From the NCBI GenBank assembly GCA_030390025.1, contig CM059432.1, positions 27,716,001 to 27,780,000 of the forward strand: 64,000 nucleotides of DNA, written 5' to 3'. Within the stretch, counting starts at the first letter, position 1. Each line of letters starts with the position of its first letter. Both the position numbers and the translations under genes were made by a program. Positions 50,835-62,689 of the stretch are shown piece by piece. This stretch comes from Squalus acanthias (Eukaryota). The notes below the pieces were generated by a model. It saw only the letters and a program-made list of their open reading frames with translations, made no database searches and was not told where the DNA came from.

Positions 50835-52170
50835 ATAGAAGCATAGAAGATGGGAGCAGGAGTAGGCCATTCAGCCCCTTGAGCCTGCTCTGCCATTTAA
50901 TGAGATCATGGCTGATCATCCAAATTCAGTACCCTGTCCCTGCTTTCTCCCCATATCCCTTGATCCCTTTAGCCTTAAGAAAAACATCTATCTCCTTCTT
51001 GAATATGTTTAGTGAATTTGCCTCAACTGCCTTTTGTGGTAGAGAATTCCACAGGTTCACCACTCTCTGAGTGAAGAAATTCCTCCTCATCTCAGTCCTA
51101 AATGGCTTACCCCTTATCCTTAGACTGTGACCTCTGGTTCTGGACTCCCCTGCCATCGGGAACATCCTTACTGCATCTAGTCTGTCTAGTCCTGTTAGAA
51201 TTTTATAAGTTTCAATGAGATCCCCTCTCATTCTTCTAAACTCGAGCGAATATAAGCCTAATCGACCCAATCTCTCTTCATACGTCATTCCTGCCATCCC
51301 AGGTATCAGTCTGGTAAATCTTCGCTGCACTCCCTCCATGGCAAGAACATCCTTCCTCAGATAAGGCGACCAAAACTGCACACAATACTCAAGGTGTGGT
51401 CTCACCAAGGCCTTGTACAACTGCAGCAAGACATCCTTGCTCCTGTACTCTAATCCTCTCGCTATGAAGGCCAACATACCATTTGCCTTCTTAACCGCCT
51501 GCTGCACCTGCATGCTTACCTTCAGCGACTGGTGCACAACGACTCCCAGATCTCGTTGCACTTCCCCTTTTCCCAATCTATTGCCGTTCAGATAATAATC
51601 TGTCTTCCTGTTTTTGCCACCAAAGTGGATAACCTCGCATTTATCCACATGCATCTGCCCAATCACCCAACCTGTCCAAATCATACTGGAGTTTCTCTGC
51701 ATCCTCTTCACAGCACACACGCCCACCCAGCTTTGTGTCCTCTGCAAACTTGGAGATATTACATCTAGTTCCCTCGTCTAGATCATTAATATATATTGTG
51801 AATAGCTGGGGTCCTAGCACCGATCCCTGCGGTACCCCACTAGTCACTGCCTGCCACTCGGAAAAAGACCCGTTTATTCCAACTCTTTGCTTCCTATCTG
51901 CCAACCAGTTCTCTATCCAAATCAGTACCTTACCCCCAATCCCACGTGCTTTAACTTTGCACGCTAATCTCTTATGCGGGACCTTATCGAAAGCCTTCTG
52001 AAAGTCCAAATACACCACATCCACTGGTTCTCCCTTATCTATTCTACCAGTTACATCCTCAAAAAATTCCAGTAGATTAGTCAAGCATGATTTACCTTTT
52101 GTAAATCCATGTTGACTTTGTCCGATCCTGTCACTGTTTTCCAAGTGCTCTGCTATTACATCTTTTATAA
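50835..52170 (-). mobile_element. 5'-truncated CR1 LINE, probably inserted into an old GC-rich DNA-transposon relic (~50430-52445)
   Basis: ORFs 50926-51747 and 51641-52144; tail at 50835-50925. Confidence 0.93.
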
Positions 52171-52760
52171 TCCTAGCAGATCCTGACTGCCCTTAATTTG
52201 GTGCGAAAGCCGCGGTAGCTACCCTGATCAGGCTGCAGTTAAAATTGCAGTTGGAGCCCGATCTGCATATTTAAAGAAGACAGCACCGCCTTTGGGTGGG
52301 TGACCTTACCATTAGTCTAGAAGCCTGAGTGAAATTAGCAGTCTGTGGGATCTGGGCAACTTTCCGGCAGATAAGTAACCCGGGGTATTTGAACTGCCCA
52401 CCCACTCCGTTTCAACTGGGTAAATGGGGATAATATCGTCCCCTTGGTCTTGAATTCAATTTGATTTTTCATATGGTTTCTATTTTTCACTATTGGCCTT
52501 TCACCAGTGTTACCTTTTTTCAGCATTAACAGCGAAAGAAACATAATGACATGGTATCGTGTGCCATAATATTACAAGGTTTGGATAACACATCACAGGG
52601 AAAGAAACTATGCAGCCTGTGAGTAACATTTAAAACCTGAAACACTGGATCCGTTAGATGGGATAATTGTTCACTTGCATTCCATAGTTCTTGCCCAGTT
52701 AGTGATGGCTAGGATTGCTAATCTTATTTCCGGCAGTTTTGGCACAGGATATGAAACTTA

Positions 52761-53450
52761 GGGGGAAAAATTTGATTGCTTTGTGCCTCCCGTCAGCGCC
52801 TGAAGAGGGCGCTAACGGGGCGCAAAGCAACTAGCGCCCGGGCGCGGCACCGCCAACGCCTCCCGCGAAATTCGGCGGGAGGTTAGCGGTGGAGGTAACC
52901 GTTGGCGCCCTGCGCTGCAATTTTCGGTAGCGCCCCCTGACTTACCGCCAGACGCTATGTCCGACAGGGTCGGGGGGCCTACCTGCGGCTGGGGCGGTGC
53001 TAATTAACGACGTGGTGCTTGGTGGCTATTTTTGTTGCTGGCCACCTGCCAGCACTTGCCGTCCCCGATCTCCTCTTCAGTGCGCGCCCCCCCCCCCCTG
53101 GCGGAGTGCCGGCTGCGCTCTGAGCCTGGCACTTCTCGAGTGCCGGGCTCTTTTGCCGGCACTCCAATCCCTGGTGGCCCAGCTGGGCCCCGGGTCACGC
53201 TGCACAAGGCCCCTCCCCTTTAAGAAGGGGAGGATGGCCTGCAGTGGCGCGACGTGCCGCAGTGAGTGGCGTTGCGGCACGTCATGCCGCGATATTCCCT
53301 CGCAGCGCCCCAAGAGGGAAGCGGGGCGCTTCCAGTAGCGCCCCGCTTCCCTCTTGGGGCGCTACCAATGAATTTTGGCTGCGGGGGCGCTAATTTTTTC
53401 GGGCCGCTAAAAGTAGCGCCCCAAAGGGGGCGAGACTCAATTTTTCCCCC
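52761..53450. mobile_element. PIF/Harbinger-type MITE, family B
   Basis: TIR GGGGGAAAAATT / AATTTTTCCCCC with canonical Harbinger TSD TTA (52758-60, 53451-53). Confidence 0.9.
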
Positions 53451-54074
53451 TTAATATTTTAACTTTGAAAGTTTGGTTCAGGCCACGTTACTGGCCCTTG
53501 GCAAACTATCAAGTTTTTGTTTCTTTGTACTGTGTGGTAGCATTCCAGCAGTGCTAGAAATTTGTTTTCAATATTACTTGGCAAATATGACTAATTTAAC
53601 TATTTACAGTCTTGCTCAACAAACTTAAATATACAAAGGAATAAATTGCTCCATTTTAGTGCAACCAAGAAATTAGTTAGTGTGGTAGGGAAGAGGTGTA
53701 ACTGGATATAAAGGCTCACTTAGAGAAAAATTGAGTGGCTGAAGGAAATGGAAAAAAAAAAATATTTATAAACACCTTTCTTAAATCTGTTAAGCAGATG
53801 GAGTTTCCCATTTCTGAATGACCTTTTTTACTCTCTGCTGCAAGTTAATGTGCTTTGTGACTAGAAACCCTGAAGTGTATGATTCATGTTTTTCATTTAG
53901 AATAATTTTCAAAGTGTATCTATAGGCTTTCTTTATGAAAGTGCTTTTATCTATTTGAGGCAGTGGATGGATTTATGATGTATAAAACAATCACACAAAG
54001 ATTGGGCAAGCATATTGAAGAAGCACAAAGGCTTGAAGTGGAAGGTACCACAAATCGAAAAGAGGAATTGATAT

Positions 54075-56957
54075 CATAGAATCATAGAATGGTTACAGCA
54101 CAGAAGAAGGCCATTTGGCCCGTCGATCTCGTGCCGGTTCTCTGCAAGAGCACTTCAGCTAGTCCCACTCCCCCGCCCTTTCCCTGTAGCTCTGCAAATT
54201 TTTTTCCTTCAGGTACTTATCCAATTCCCTGTTTGAAAGCCGTGATTGAGTCTGCCTCCACCACCCTTTCAGGCATTGCATTCCAGATCCTAACCACTCA
54301 CTGCATAAAAAGGTTTTTTCTGATGTCACTTTAAATCTGTGTCCTCTGGTTCTCGACCCTTCCGCCAATGGGCACAGTTTCTCTCTCTACACCCCTCATA
54401 ATTTTGAACACCTCTATTAAATCTCCTCTCAACTTTCTCTGCTCTAAGGAGAACAATCCCAGCTTCTCCAGTCTATCCACATAACTGAAGTCCCTCATCC
54501 CTGGAATCATTGTCGTAAATCTTTTCTGTACCCTCTCTAAGGCCTTCATATCCTTCCTAAAGTGCGGTGCCCAGAATTGGACACAATACTCCAGTGTTTT
54601 ATACAGGTTCATCATAATTTCCACGCTTTTGTACTCTCTACCTCTGTTTATGAAGCCCAGGATATCCCATAAGCTTTTTTAACTACTTTCTCAACCTGCC
54701 CTGCCACCTTAATAAGAACATAAGAAATAGGAGCAGGAGTAGGCCAATCGGCCCCTCGAGCCTGCTCCGCCATTCAATAAGATCATGGCTGATCTGATCC
54801 TAACCGCCAATCTACTATCACAGAACCATCTCCTGCATCTAACAGAATTGCACACACGAAATAGGAGCAGAATCAGGCTACACGGTCCCTGGGCCCGCTC
54901 CACTACCCACCGGGCCATGACCGATCCGAACCTAGACTCATGTCCAAATTCCTGCCCGCTCCCCGTAACCCTTCATGCCCTTTACTTCTAGGAAACTGTC
55001 CATTTCTGTTTTAAATTTATTTAATGATGTAGCTTCTACAGCTTTTTGTGGCAGCATATTCCATGGACCTACCACCCTCTGAGTGAAGTAGTTCCTCCTC
55101 ATCTCAGTTTTGAAAGAGCAGCCCCTTATTCTAAGACTATGTCCCCTAGTTCTAGTCTCACCCGTCATCGGGAACATCCTCCCCGCATCCACCCGATCCA
55201 ACCCCTTCACAATCTTATATGTTTCAATAAGATCGCCTCTCATTCTTCTGAACTCCAATGAGTAGAGTCCCAATCTACCCAACCTCTCCTCATATGACCA
55301 CCCCCTCATCCCCGGGATTAACCGAGTGAACCTTTTTTGCACTGCCTCGAGAGCAAGGATGTCTTTCCTTAAGTAAGGACACCAAAACTGTATGCAGTAT
55401 TCCAGGTGCGGTCTCACCAATACCTTGTACAACTGAAGCAATACCTCCCTATTTCTATATTCTATCCCCCTAGCAATGAAAGCCAACATTCCATTTGCCT
55501 TCTTAATCACTTGCTGCACCTGCATACTAACCTTTTGAGTTTCGTGCACCAGGACCCCCAGATCCCTTTGCACTTCAGTACTCTCCAGTTTCTTGCCATT
55601 AAGATAATAAATTGCTCTAGGATTTTTCCTGCCAAAGTGCATCACCTCACACTTTCCAGTGTTGTATTCCATCTGCCAAATCTCTGCCCACTTACTTAGC
55701 CTGTCTATGTCCCCTTGCAGGTTTTTTATGTCCTCCTCACTCACTACTTTCCCTCCCATCTTTGTATCATCTGCAAATTTTGATATGTTACACTTGGTCC
55801 CTTCCTCCAAATCGTTAATATAGATTGTAAAGAGTTGGGGACCCAGCACTGACCCCTGTGGAACACCACTAGTTACTGATTGCCAGTCTGAGAATGAACC
55901 ATTTATCCCAACTCTTTGCTTTCTGTTAGATAGCCAATCCTCTATCCATGCCAGAATATTACCCCCAATCCCGTGATTTTTTACCTTAAGCAATAATCTT
56001 TTGTGTGGCACCTTGTCAAATGCCTTTTGGAAGTCTAAATACACTACGTCCACTGGTTCCCCTTTATCCACTCTATATGTTACTTCCTCAAAGAACTCCA
56101 GCAAATTTGTCAAACATGACTTCCCCTTCGTAAAACCATGCTGACTTTGTCCTATTAAATTATGATTATCCAAATGTCCTGTTACTGTTTCCTTAATAAT
56201 GGACTCCAAAATTTTACCTACCACAGATGTTAGGCTAACCGGTCTATAGTTACCAGCCTTCTGTCTACTGCCCTTTTTAAATAAGGGTGTTACATTAGCA
56301 GTTTTCCAGTCTGCCGGGACCTTAGCGGAATCCAGGGAGTTTTGAAAAATTATTACCAATGCATCTACAATCCCTACCGCCACTTCCTTCAAGACTCTAG
56401 GATGTAAGCCATCAGGTCCAGGTGATTTATCCGCCTTGAGTCCCATTATTTTACCGAGTACCACTTCCTTAGTGATTTTGATCGTGTTTAGCTCCTCTCC
56501 CCCTATAGCCCCCTGTTTGTCCAGTGTTGGGATATTCTTAGTGTCCTCTACCGTAAAGACTGACACAAAATATTCATTCAGTGTTTTTGCCATCTCCATA
56601 TTTCCCACCATTAATTTCCCGGTCTCATCCTCTAAGGGACCAACATTTACTTTAGCCACCCTTCAACGATTTGTGCACATAAACCCCTAGGTCTCTCTGT
56701 TCATGCACCCCATTTAGGATTGTACCCTTTAGTTTATGCTTCCTCTCTTCATTAATGATCACTTCGCACTTTTCTGCGTTAAATTTCATTTGACATGTGT
56801 CCGCCCATTCCACCAGCCTGTCTATGTCCTCCTTGAAGTCTATTAGTATCCTCCTCACTGTTCACTATACTTCCAAGTTTTGTGTCATCTGCAAATTTTG
56901 TACATCCACATCCAAGTCATTGGTATGTATCAAGAAAAGCAGTGGTCCTAGAACCAA
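54075..56957 (-). mobile_element. Older CR1 split by a younger CR1 (pieces 54075-54710 and 56660-56957)
   Basis: ORFs 56652-56858 and 54331-54624 are collinear; GCCACC(C)TT is present at both junctions. Confidence 0.85.
54711..56659 (-). mobile_element. Young 5'-truncated CR1 LINE with an uninterrupted 573-aa ORF2 (RT to stop)
   Basis: ORF 54938-56659 has all RT motifs and no stops; 3' UTR contains two tail motifs. Confidence 0.95.
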
Positions 56958-56999
56958 TCAAGAAGTAATGGTTAGGTGATGCCAACCTTGGGGTTTAAA

Positions 57000-57720
57000 A
57001 GACGTGAACAGTAAGAGGAAGGAAAAATTGGAGTTGGAAAGATATTCTGCAGTTTTGATGTCCTGGGGGAATAAATTAGTTATAGAAGAATGTGCCATTT
57101 TAGCACTTGGGTTTGTAGGGATAATGAAGATCAAGTAATGCATTTAGAGCTGCAAAAAAATGAGAAACTTCAGAGAATCACTGACAATAAAATGGTAAGA
57201 CCAGAAAGATTGAGAAGAAAGAAATGAACCAGAGAACTAGCTTTTAAAAAATTTTTGTATCCTTGGCCTGAAGTGCTAGAAGAACATTTCTATATTCAGG
57301 AAGAGTTTTCAAATTTGGATGACTGCTGCTAAGCCCTACTTTTTCGAGAGTTAAAGCTGAGGGGGAAGGAGGAGAGGAAGCCAGGCTTCTTAAAGGCACA
57401 TTTAGAAATGGAGGCATTCTAGGAAAGGATAGAGGAAATGGCAAGGCCAAGAATGTTAATAAATGGAGCACTTAAAGTGGAGTCATCAGAGGTAAGAATT
57501 GGAAGAAGATTTTCATTGCTCTGTTGAATATGAATGTTGTCAAAATATAGTGATTCAGCTGGTGCATCACAACATGAATGGCGGTTATGAGCACTGAAGG
57601 CATGCGATGTGAAGGAAGATGAAGTAATGTAGAATGGAATCATCAGCAAAAGAGTAGATAAGTGGAGAAGTTATTGATGTGAAGAATGGGAGAAAACACA
57701 GAGCCCTGGAAAATCTTTTT
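57000..57720 (-). mobile_element. Very old non-LTR RT remnant
   Basis: Minus strand near 57630-57662 reads IYSFADDSILH (RT core); the rest is heavily decayed. Confidence 0.5.
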
Positions 57721-57868
57721 ACAGAATCAGTCAGATGCAGAACCATCAATTACAGCTCAGACCAGGAGTTGAATCCAGGACCATTGGATCTAATAGCCCA
57801 GTTATGTACTAAATCAAGGAACTCAGTTACTTTCCTCTTACAAATTCTACATTTTTCTTTTACAACAG

Positions 57869-57904
57869 GCAAATGCCAGAAGCTTCCAAGGACATGACAC
57901 TAAG
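57869..57904 (+). CDS. Candidate 36-nt exon (ANARSFQGHDTK in phase 0)
   Basis: Acceptor ATTTTTCTTTTACAACAG and donor AAG|GTAATT; length divisible by 3; in frame with exon 47605-47697. Confidence 0.4.
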
Positions 57905-58298
57905 GTAATTTTTCAGTTTTAAATCTATATAGTATCTTAAATCAAAAACGCGGGTAATGACTAAAAATTTGCTGACTATTATGTCGCGGTTATGTGATTT
58001 TTTTTTTGTTGAAAAAATAAACCAGACAAATGTAGAACATGCCAGTAACTTGCATGACTGTAGGGCAACTAATGCAGAAACTACGGTTTACCTTTCTTTC
58101 CTCACCTTTGTTATGATCTGGTTCCATGGTCCTTGGCTTCTATTCAGTACTTTGCCCACGTGGCTATTCTTCATGTGAGCCCACATCAGCAGGATATTTG
58201 ACCACTGAAGGCTTTGCAGCCAAACCCTACCCCCTCCTCCCAAGAAGGGTTCACCTGGATGGAGAGCTCGGGACTGGAAACCCTGGATGATTTCCTTC

Positions 58299-58329
<31 letters not shown>

Positions 58330-58383
58330 ATAAACTGTTGTTGACATATTTCTTGGCAACTGGGCAGATTGAACACCTAAAGC

Positions 58384-60019
58384 TGCTTCTTCTTAGGCAG
58401 TCCCTCGGAACCGAGGATGACTTGCTTCCACATTAAAAATGAGTTCTCGGGTGACTTAGTCCAATGCGGGACGTACAGTCTGTCACAGGTGGCGCAGATG
58501 GTGGTTGAAGGGCTGGGTGGGTGGGGTGCTTGGGTTGACGTGTGTTCCTTGCGCTTGGCTTCCGCTTGCTCCTGGCGAAGAGACTCGGTGTTCGGCGCCT
58601 TCCCGGATGCTTCTCCTCCACTTTGTGCGGCCTTGGGCCAGGGATTCCCAGGTGTCAGAGGGGATGTTGCACTTTTTCAAGGAGGTTTTGAGGGTGTCCT
58701 TGAAGCATTTCCACTGCCCACCTGGGGCGCTCTTGCCGTGTCAGAGCTCCGAGTAGAGCGCTTGTTTTGGGAGTCTCGTATCGGGCATGTGGGCCCGATA
58801 CGTGACCCGTCCATCGGAGCTGATCAAGCGTGGTCAAAACTTCAATGCTGGGGATATTGGCCTGAGCGAGAACACTGACATTGGTGCGCCTATCCTGCCA
58901 ATGGATTTGCAGGATCTTGCGGAGGCAGCGTTGGTGGTACCTCTCCAGTGCTTTTGAGGTGCCTGCTGTACATGGTCCATGTCTCTGAGGCGTACAGCAG
59001 GGCGGGTATCACTGCTGCTCTGTAGACCATGAGACCCATGTGCCGGGTTTGAGGTCCTGGTCTTCAAACACTCTCTTCCTCAGGTGACCGAAGGCTGCAC
59101 TGGCACACTGAAGGCGGTGTTGGACTTTGTCATCGACGTCTGCCCTTGTTGACCGCAGGCTCCCGAGGTATGGAAAGTGGTCCACGTTGTCCAAGGCCTT
59201 GTCGTGGATTTTGATAATTGGGGGGCAGTACTGTGTGGCGGGGGCAGGTTGGTAGAGGACCTTTGTCTTATGGATGTTTAGTGTAAGGCCCATGCTCTCG
59301 TAAGCTTCGGTGAAGGTGTTGACGATGGTTTGGAGTTCGGCCTCCGAGTGAGCACAGACGCAAGCATTGTCTGCATACTGTAATTCGACGACAGAGGATG
59401 GGACGACCTTGGATCTGGACTGGAGGTGACGGAGGTTGAACGGTTTCCCGTTTGTTCTGTAAATTAGCTCCACTCCAGCGGGTAGCTTATTGAGGGTGAG
59501 ATGGAGCATTGCAGCAAGGAAGATCGAGAAGAGCGTTGGTGCGATGACACAGCCTTGCTTGACCCTGGTCCGTACGTGAATTGGGTCTGTGGTGGAACCG
59601 TTGGTCAAGATCACGGCTTGCATGTCGTCGTGAAGCAGGCGGAGGATGGTGACAAACTTTTGAGGGCAGCCGAATTTGAGGAGGACACTCCATAATCCCT
59701 CTCTGTTGACCGTGTCGAAGGCCTTTGAGATCAAAGAAGGCCATGTACAGAGGTTGGTGCTGTTCCCTGCATTTCTCTTGTAATTGACGCGCGGTGAAGA
59801 TCATGTCCATTGTGCCCCTTAGTGGGCAGAATCCGCATTGCGACTCTGGGAGGAGCTCTTCGGCCACTGGGAGAAGACTATTGAGGATTCTTGCGATGAC
59901 TTTCCCTGTGGCAGACAGCAGGGAAGCTCCTCTAATTACCGCAATCGGACTTGTCACCTTTCTTGAAGATGGTCACAATTACGGGGTCTCTGAGATCCCC
60001 TGGCATGCTCTCCTCCTGT
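58384..60019 (-). mobile_element. 5'-truncated RTE LINE, same family as 4071-5836
   Basis: ORF 59009-59734 (KAFDTVNREGLW...VKQGCVIAPTLF...QYADNA); (GAA)n tail; 53-bp flanking direct repeat. Confidence 0.92.
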
Positions 60020-60082
60020 TGAACTATTGCTGACTAATTTCTTGGCCACTAGGCAGATTGAACACCTAAAGCACTTCCGTTT

Positions 60083-60365
60083 ATAAGAACATAAGAAATA
60101 GGAGCAGGAGTAGGCCATTTGGCCCCTCGAGCCTGCTCTGCCATTCAATTAGATCATAGCTGATCTGATCTTGGCCTTGACTCCCCTGTAGCTTAAATAT
60201 CTTGTCTATCTCCGCCTTGAATATATTCAATGACTGCCTCCACAGCTCTCTGGTTTATATAGATCTTGCAGCACAGAAGGAGGCCATTTGTGTCTGTGCT
60301 GGCTCTTTGAAAGAGCTATCCGATTTAGTCTCTCTCCTCAGCTTTTTCCACATAACCCTGTAATT
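60083..60365 (-). mobile_element. CR1 3' tail fragments
   Basis: TAAGAACATAAGAAATAGGAGCAGGAGTAGGCC and GCACAGAAGGAGGCCATT tails. Confidence 0.8.
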
Positions 60366-60499
60366 TAGTTCTGCTTCATACAAGACGGTGAAGCAGTTTT
60401 ATGGTGATAGCCTGTACGTGTGCTGCCAAGAAATTAAGGAAGGTTCTAATGCCTGTTTGACTTTAACCAAATATGCATGTGCAGTTCAAGTGGATCAGT

Positions 60500-60955
60500 T
60501 GTGGCTCAGTTGGTAGCACTCTGTCTTCTGACTCTCAAGATTGTGGGTTCAAGTGCCACTCCAGAGACTTGAGCACAAAAATCTAGGCTGACACTCCAGT
60601 ACAGTACTGAGGGAGTGCTGCACTGTCTGAGGTGCCGTCTTTCAGATGAGATGTTAAACCGAGGCCCCGTCTAATCACTCAGGCGGAGGTAAAAGATTCC
60701 CTTGCCATTAATTCGAAGAACAGGGGAGTTATCCCTGGTGTCCTAGCCAATATTTATCTCTCACTCAATCAACATCACTAAAACAGATTATCTGGTCATC
60801 ATCACATTGCTGTTTGTGAGAGCTTGCTTTGCACAAATTGGCAGTCACGTTTCCTACATTACTACAGTTACTACACTTCAAAAAGTACTTCATTGGCTGT
60901 AAAGCGCTTTGGGACGTCCTGAGGTCATGAAAAGCGCTATATAAATGCAGCTCTC
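60500..60955 (+). mobile_element. Full-length DeuSINE (SacSINE1/AmnSINE1-like)
   Basis: A box TGGCTCAGTTGG (60502) and B box GGTTCAAGT (60546); Deu-domain-like GAGGGAGTGCTGCACTGT...TAAACCGAGGCCCCGTC; L2-like tail AAAGCGCTTTGGGA...GCGCTATATAAATGCA. Confidence 0.85.
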
Positions 60956-61249
60956 TCGCATATTTATATCCGCTCTGGACTCAGCAATTTGATCAAAAGA
61001 AAGATCTGATCATGAGCTTAGCTGGTAGACTGTGTACCAGCTGCTGAAGGAATGGTTGCATCATACACTCCCAGTTGTGTTTCAATGCTGCAGCCGCCTT
61101 GATTTGTAATTGAGTGCTACTACACAGATCCTGAAAGCCAGCCAAATTTATTTTGCCTCGTAAGCTGATCTACTTTTACAAAAGCATGTATTGGATAGCC
61201 CTGGACATTTCCATCTGACCACATTGCCCAAGGGCTCACTGTTAGAGTT

Positions 61250-62593
61250 TTTTTTAAAATTTGTTCATGTGATCTGGTGTCGCTGGCAAAGCCAGCATTT
61301 ATTGCCCATCCTAATTGCCCTTGAGAAGGTGGTGGTGAACCACCTTCTTGAACTGCTGCAGTCCATGTGGTGAAGGTACTCCCACAATGCTGTTAGGGAG
61401 GGTGTTCCAGGATTTTGATCCAGTGACGATGAAGGAACGGCAATAAACTTCCAAGTCAGGATGGTATGTGACTTGGGGGGAACTTGGAGGTGGTGGTGTT
61501 CCCATGCGCCTGCTGCCCTGGTTCTTCTAGGTGGTAGAGGTCGCGGGTCTGGGAGGTGCTGCTGAAGAAGCCTTGGTGAGTTGCTGCAGTGCATCTTGTA
61601 GATGGTACACACTGCCTCCATGGTACGCCAGTAGTGGAGGGAGTGAATGTTTAAGGTGGTGGGGGGTGCCAATCAAGTGGGCTGCTTTGTCTTGGATGGT
61701 GTCGAGCTTCTTGAGTGTTGTTGGAGCTGCACTCATCCAGGCAAGTAGAGAGTATTCTATTGCACTCCTTACTTGTGCCTTGTAGATGGTGGAAAGGCTT
61801 TGGGGAGTCAGGAGGTGAGACACTCGCTGCAGAATACCTAGCCTCTGACCTGTCTTGTTGCCACAGTATTTATGTGGCTGGTCCAGTTAAGTTTCTGGTC
61901 AATGGTGACCCCCAGGATGTTGATGGTGGAGGATTTGGTGATGGTAATGTCGTTGAGTGTCAAGGGGCGGTGGTTAGACTCTCGCTTGTTGGAGATGGTC
62001 ATTGCCTGGCACTTGTGTGGCGCAAATGTTACCTGCCACTGATCAGCCCAAGCCTGAATGTTGTCCAGGTCTTGTTGCATGCGGGCATGGACTGCTTCAT
62101 TATCTGAGGAGTTGCGAATGGCACTGAACACTGTGCAGTCATCAGCGCACATCCCCATTTCTGACCTTGTGTTGGAGGGAAGGTCATTGATGAAGCAGCT
62201 GAAGATGGTTGGGCCTAGGACACTGCCCTGAGGAACTCCTGCAGTGATGTCCTGGGGCTGTGATGATTGATCTCCAACCGCCCCAACCATCTTCCTTTGT
62301 GCTAGGTATGACTCCAGCCAGTGAGTTTCCCCCGCGCCAATTCCCATTGACTTCAGTTTTACTAGGGCTCCTTGATGCCACACTCGGGTTAAATGCTGCC
62401 TTGATGTCAAGGGCAGTCATTCGCACCTCACCTTTGAAATTCAGCTCTTTTGTCCATGTTTGGACCAAGGCTGTAATGAGGTCTGGAGCCGAGTGGTCCT
62501 GAAGAACCCAAACTGGGCATCAGTGAGCAGGTTATTGGTGAGTAAGTGTCGCTTGATAGCACTGTCGACGACACCTTCCATCACTTTGCTGAT
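61250..62593 (-). mobile_element. Family X LINE, RT and 3' end
   Basis: ORF 61838-62410 ([11 protein letters not shown]...CADDCT) and ORF 61527-61823. Confidence 0.9.
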
Positions 62594-62689
62594 ATAAGGC
62601 TTGTGAAGCTGGTGTCACTGTAAAGTTGTAGGGAGGACTTGTAAACAGCTGTGACTTCATGGGTATTTAGAGTTAAGGAATTGTGATTC

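Noticed and set aside
58300..58330. Long poly-C/G runs (also 36590, 44755, 46630, 46757, 49913)
   Set aside because: Simple homopolymers, with length possibly affected by sequencing; no evidence of function.
60500..60565. tRNA gene
   Set aside because: A/B boxes continue into a SINE body; no complete cloverleaf.
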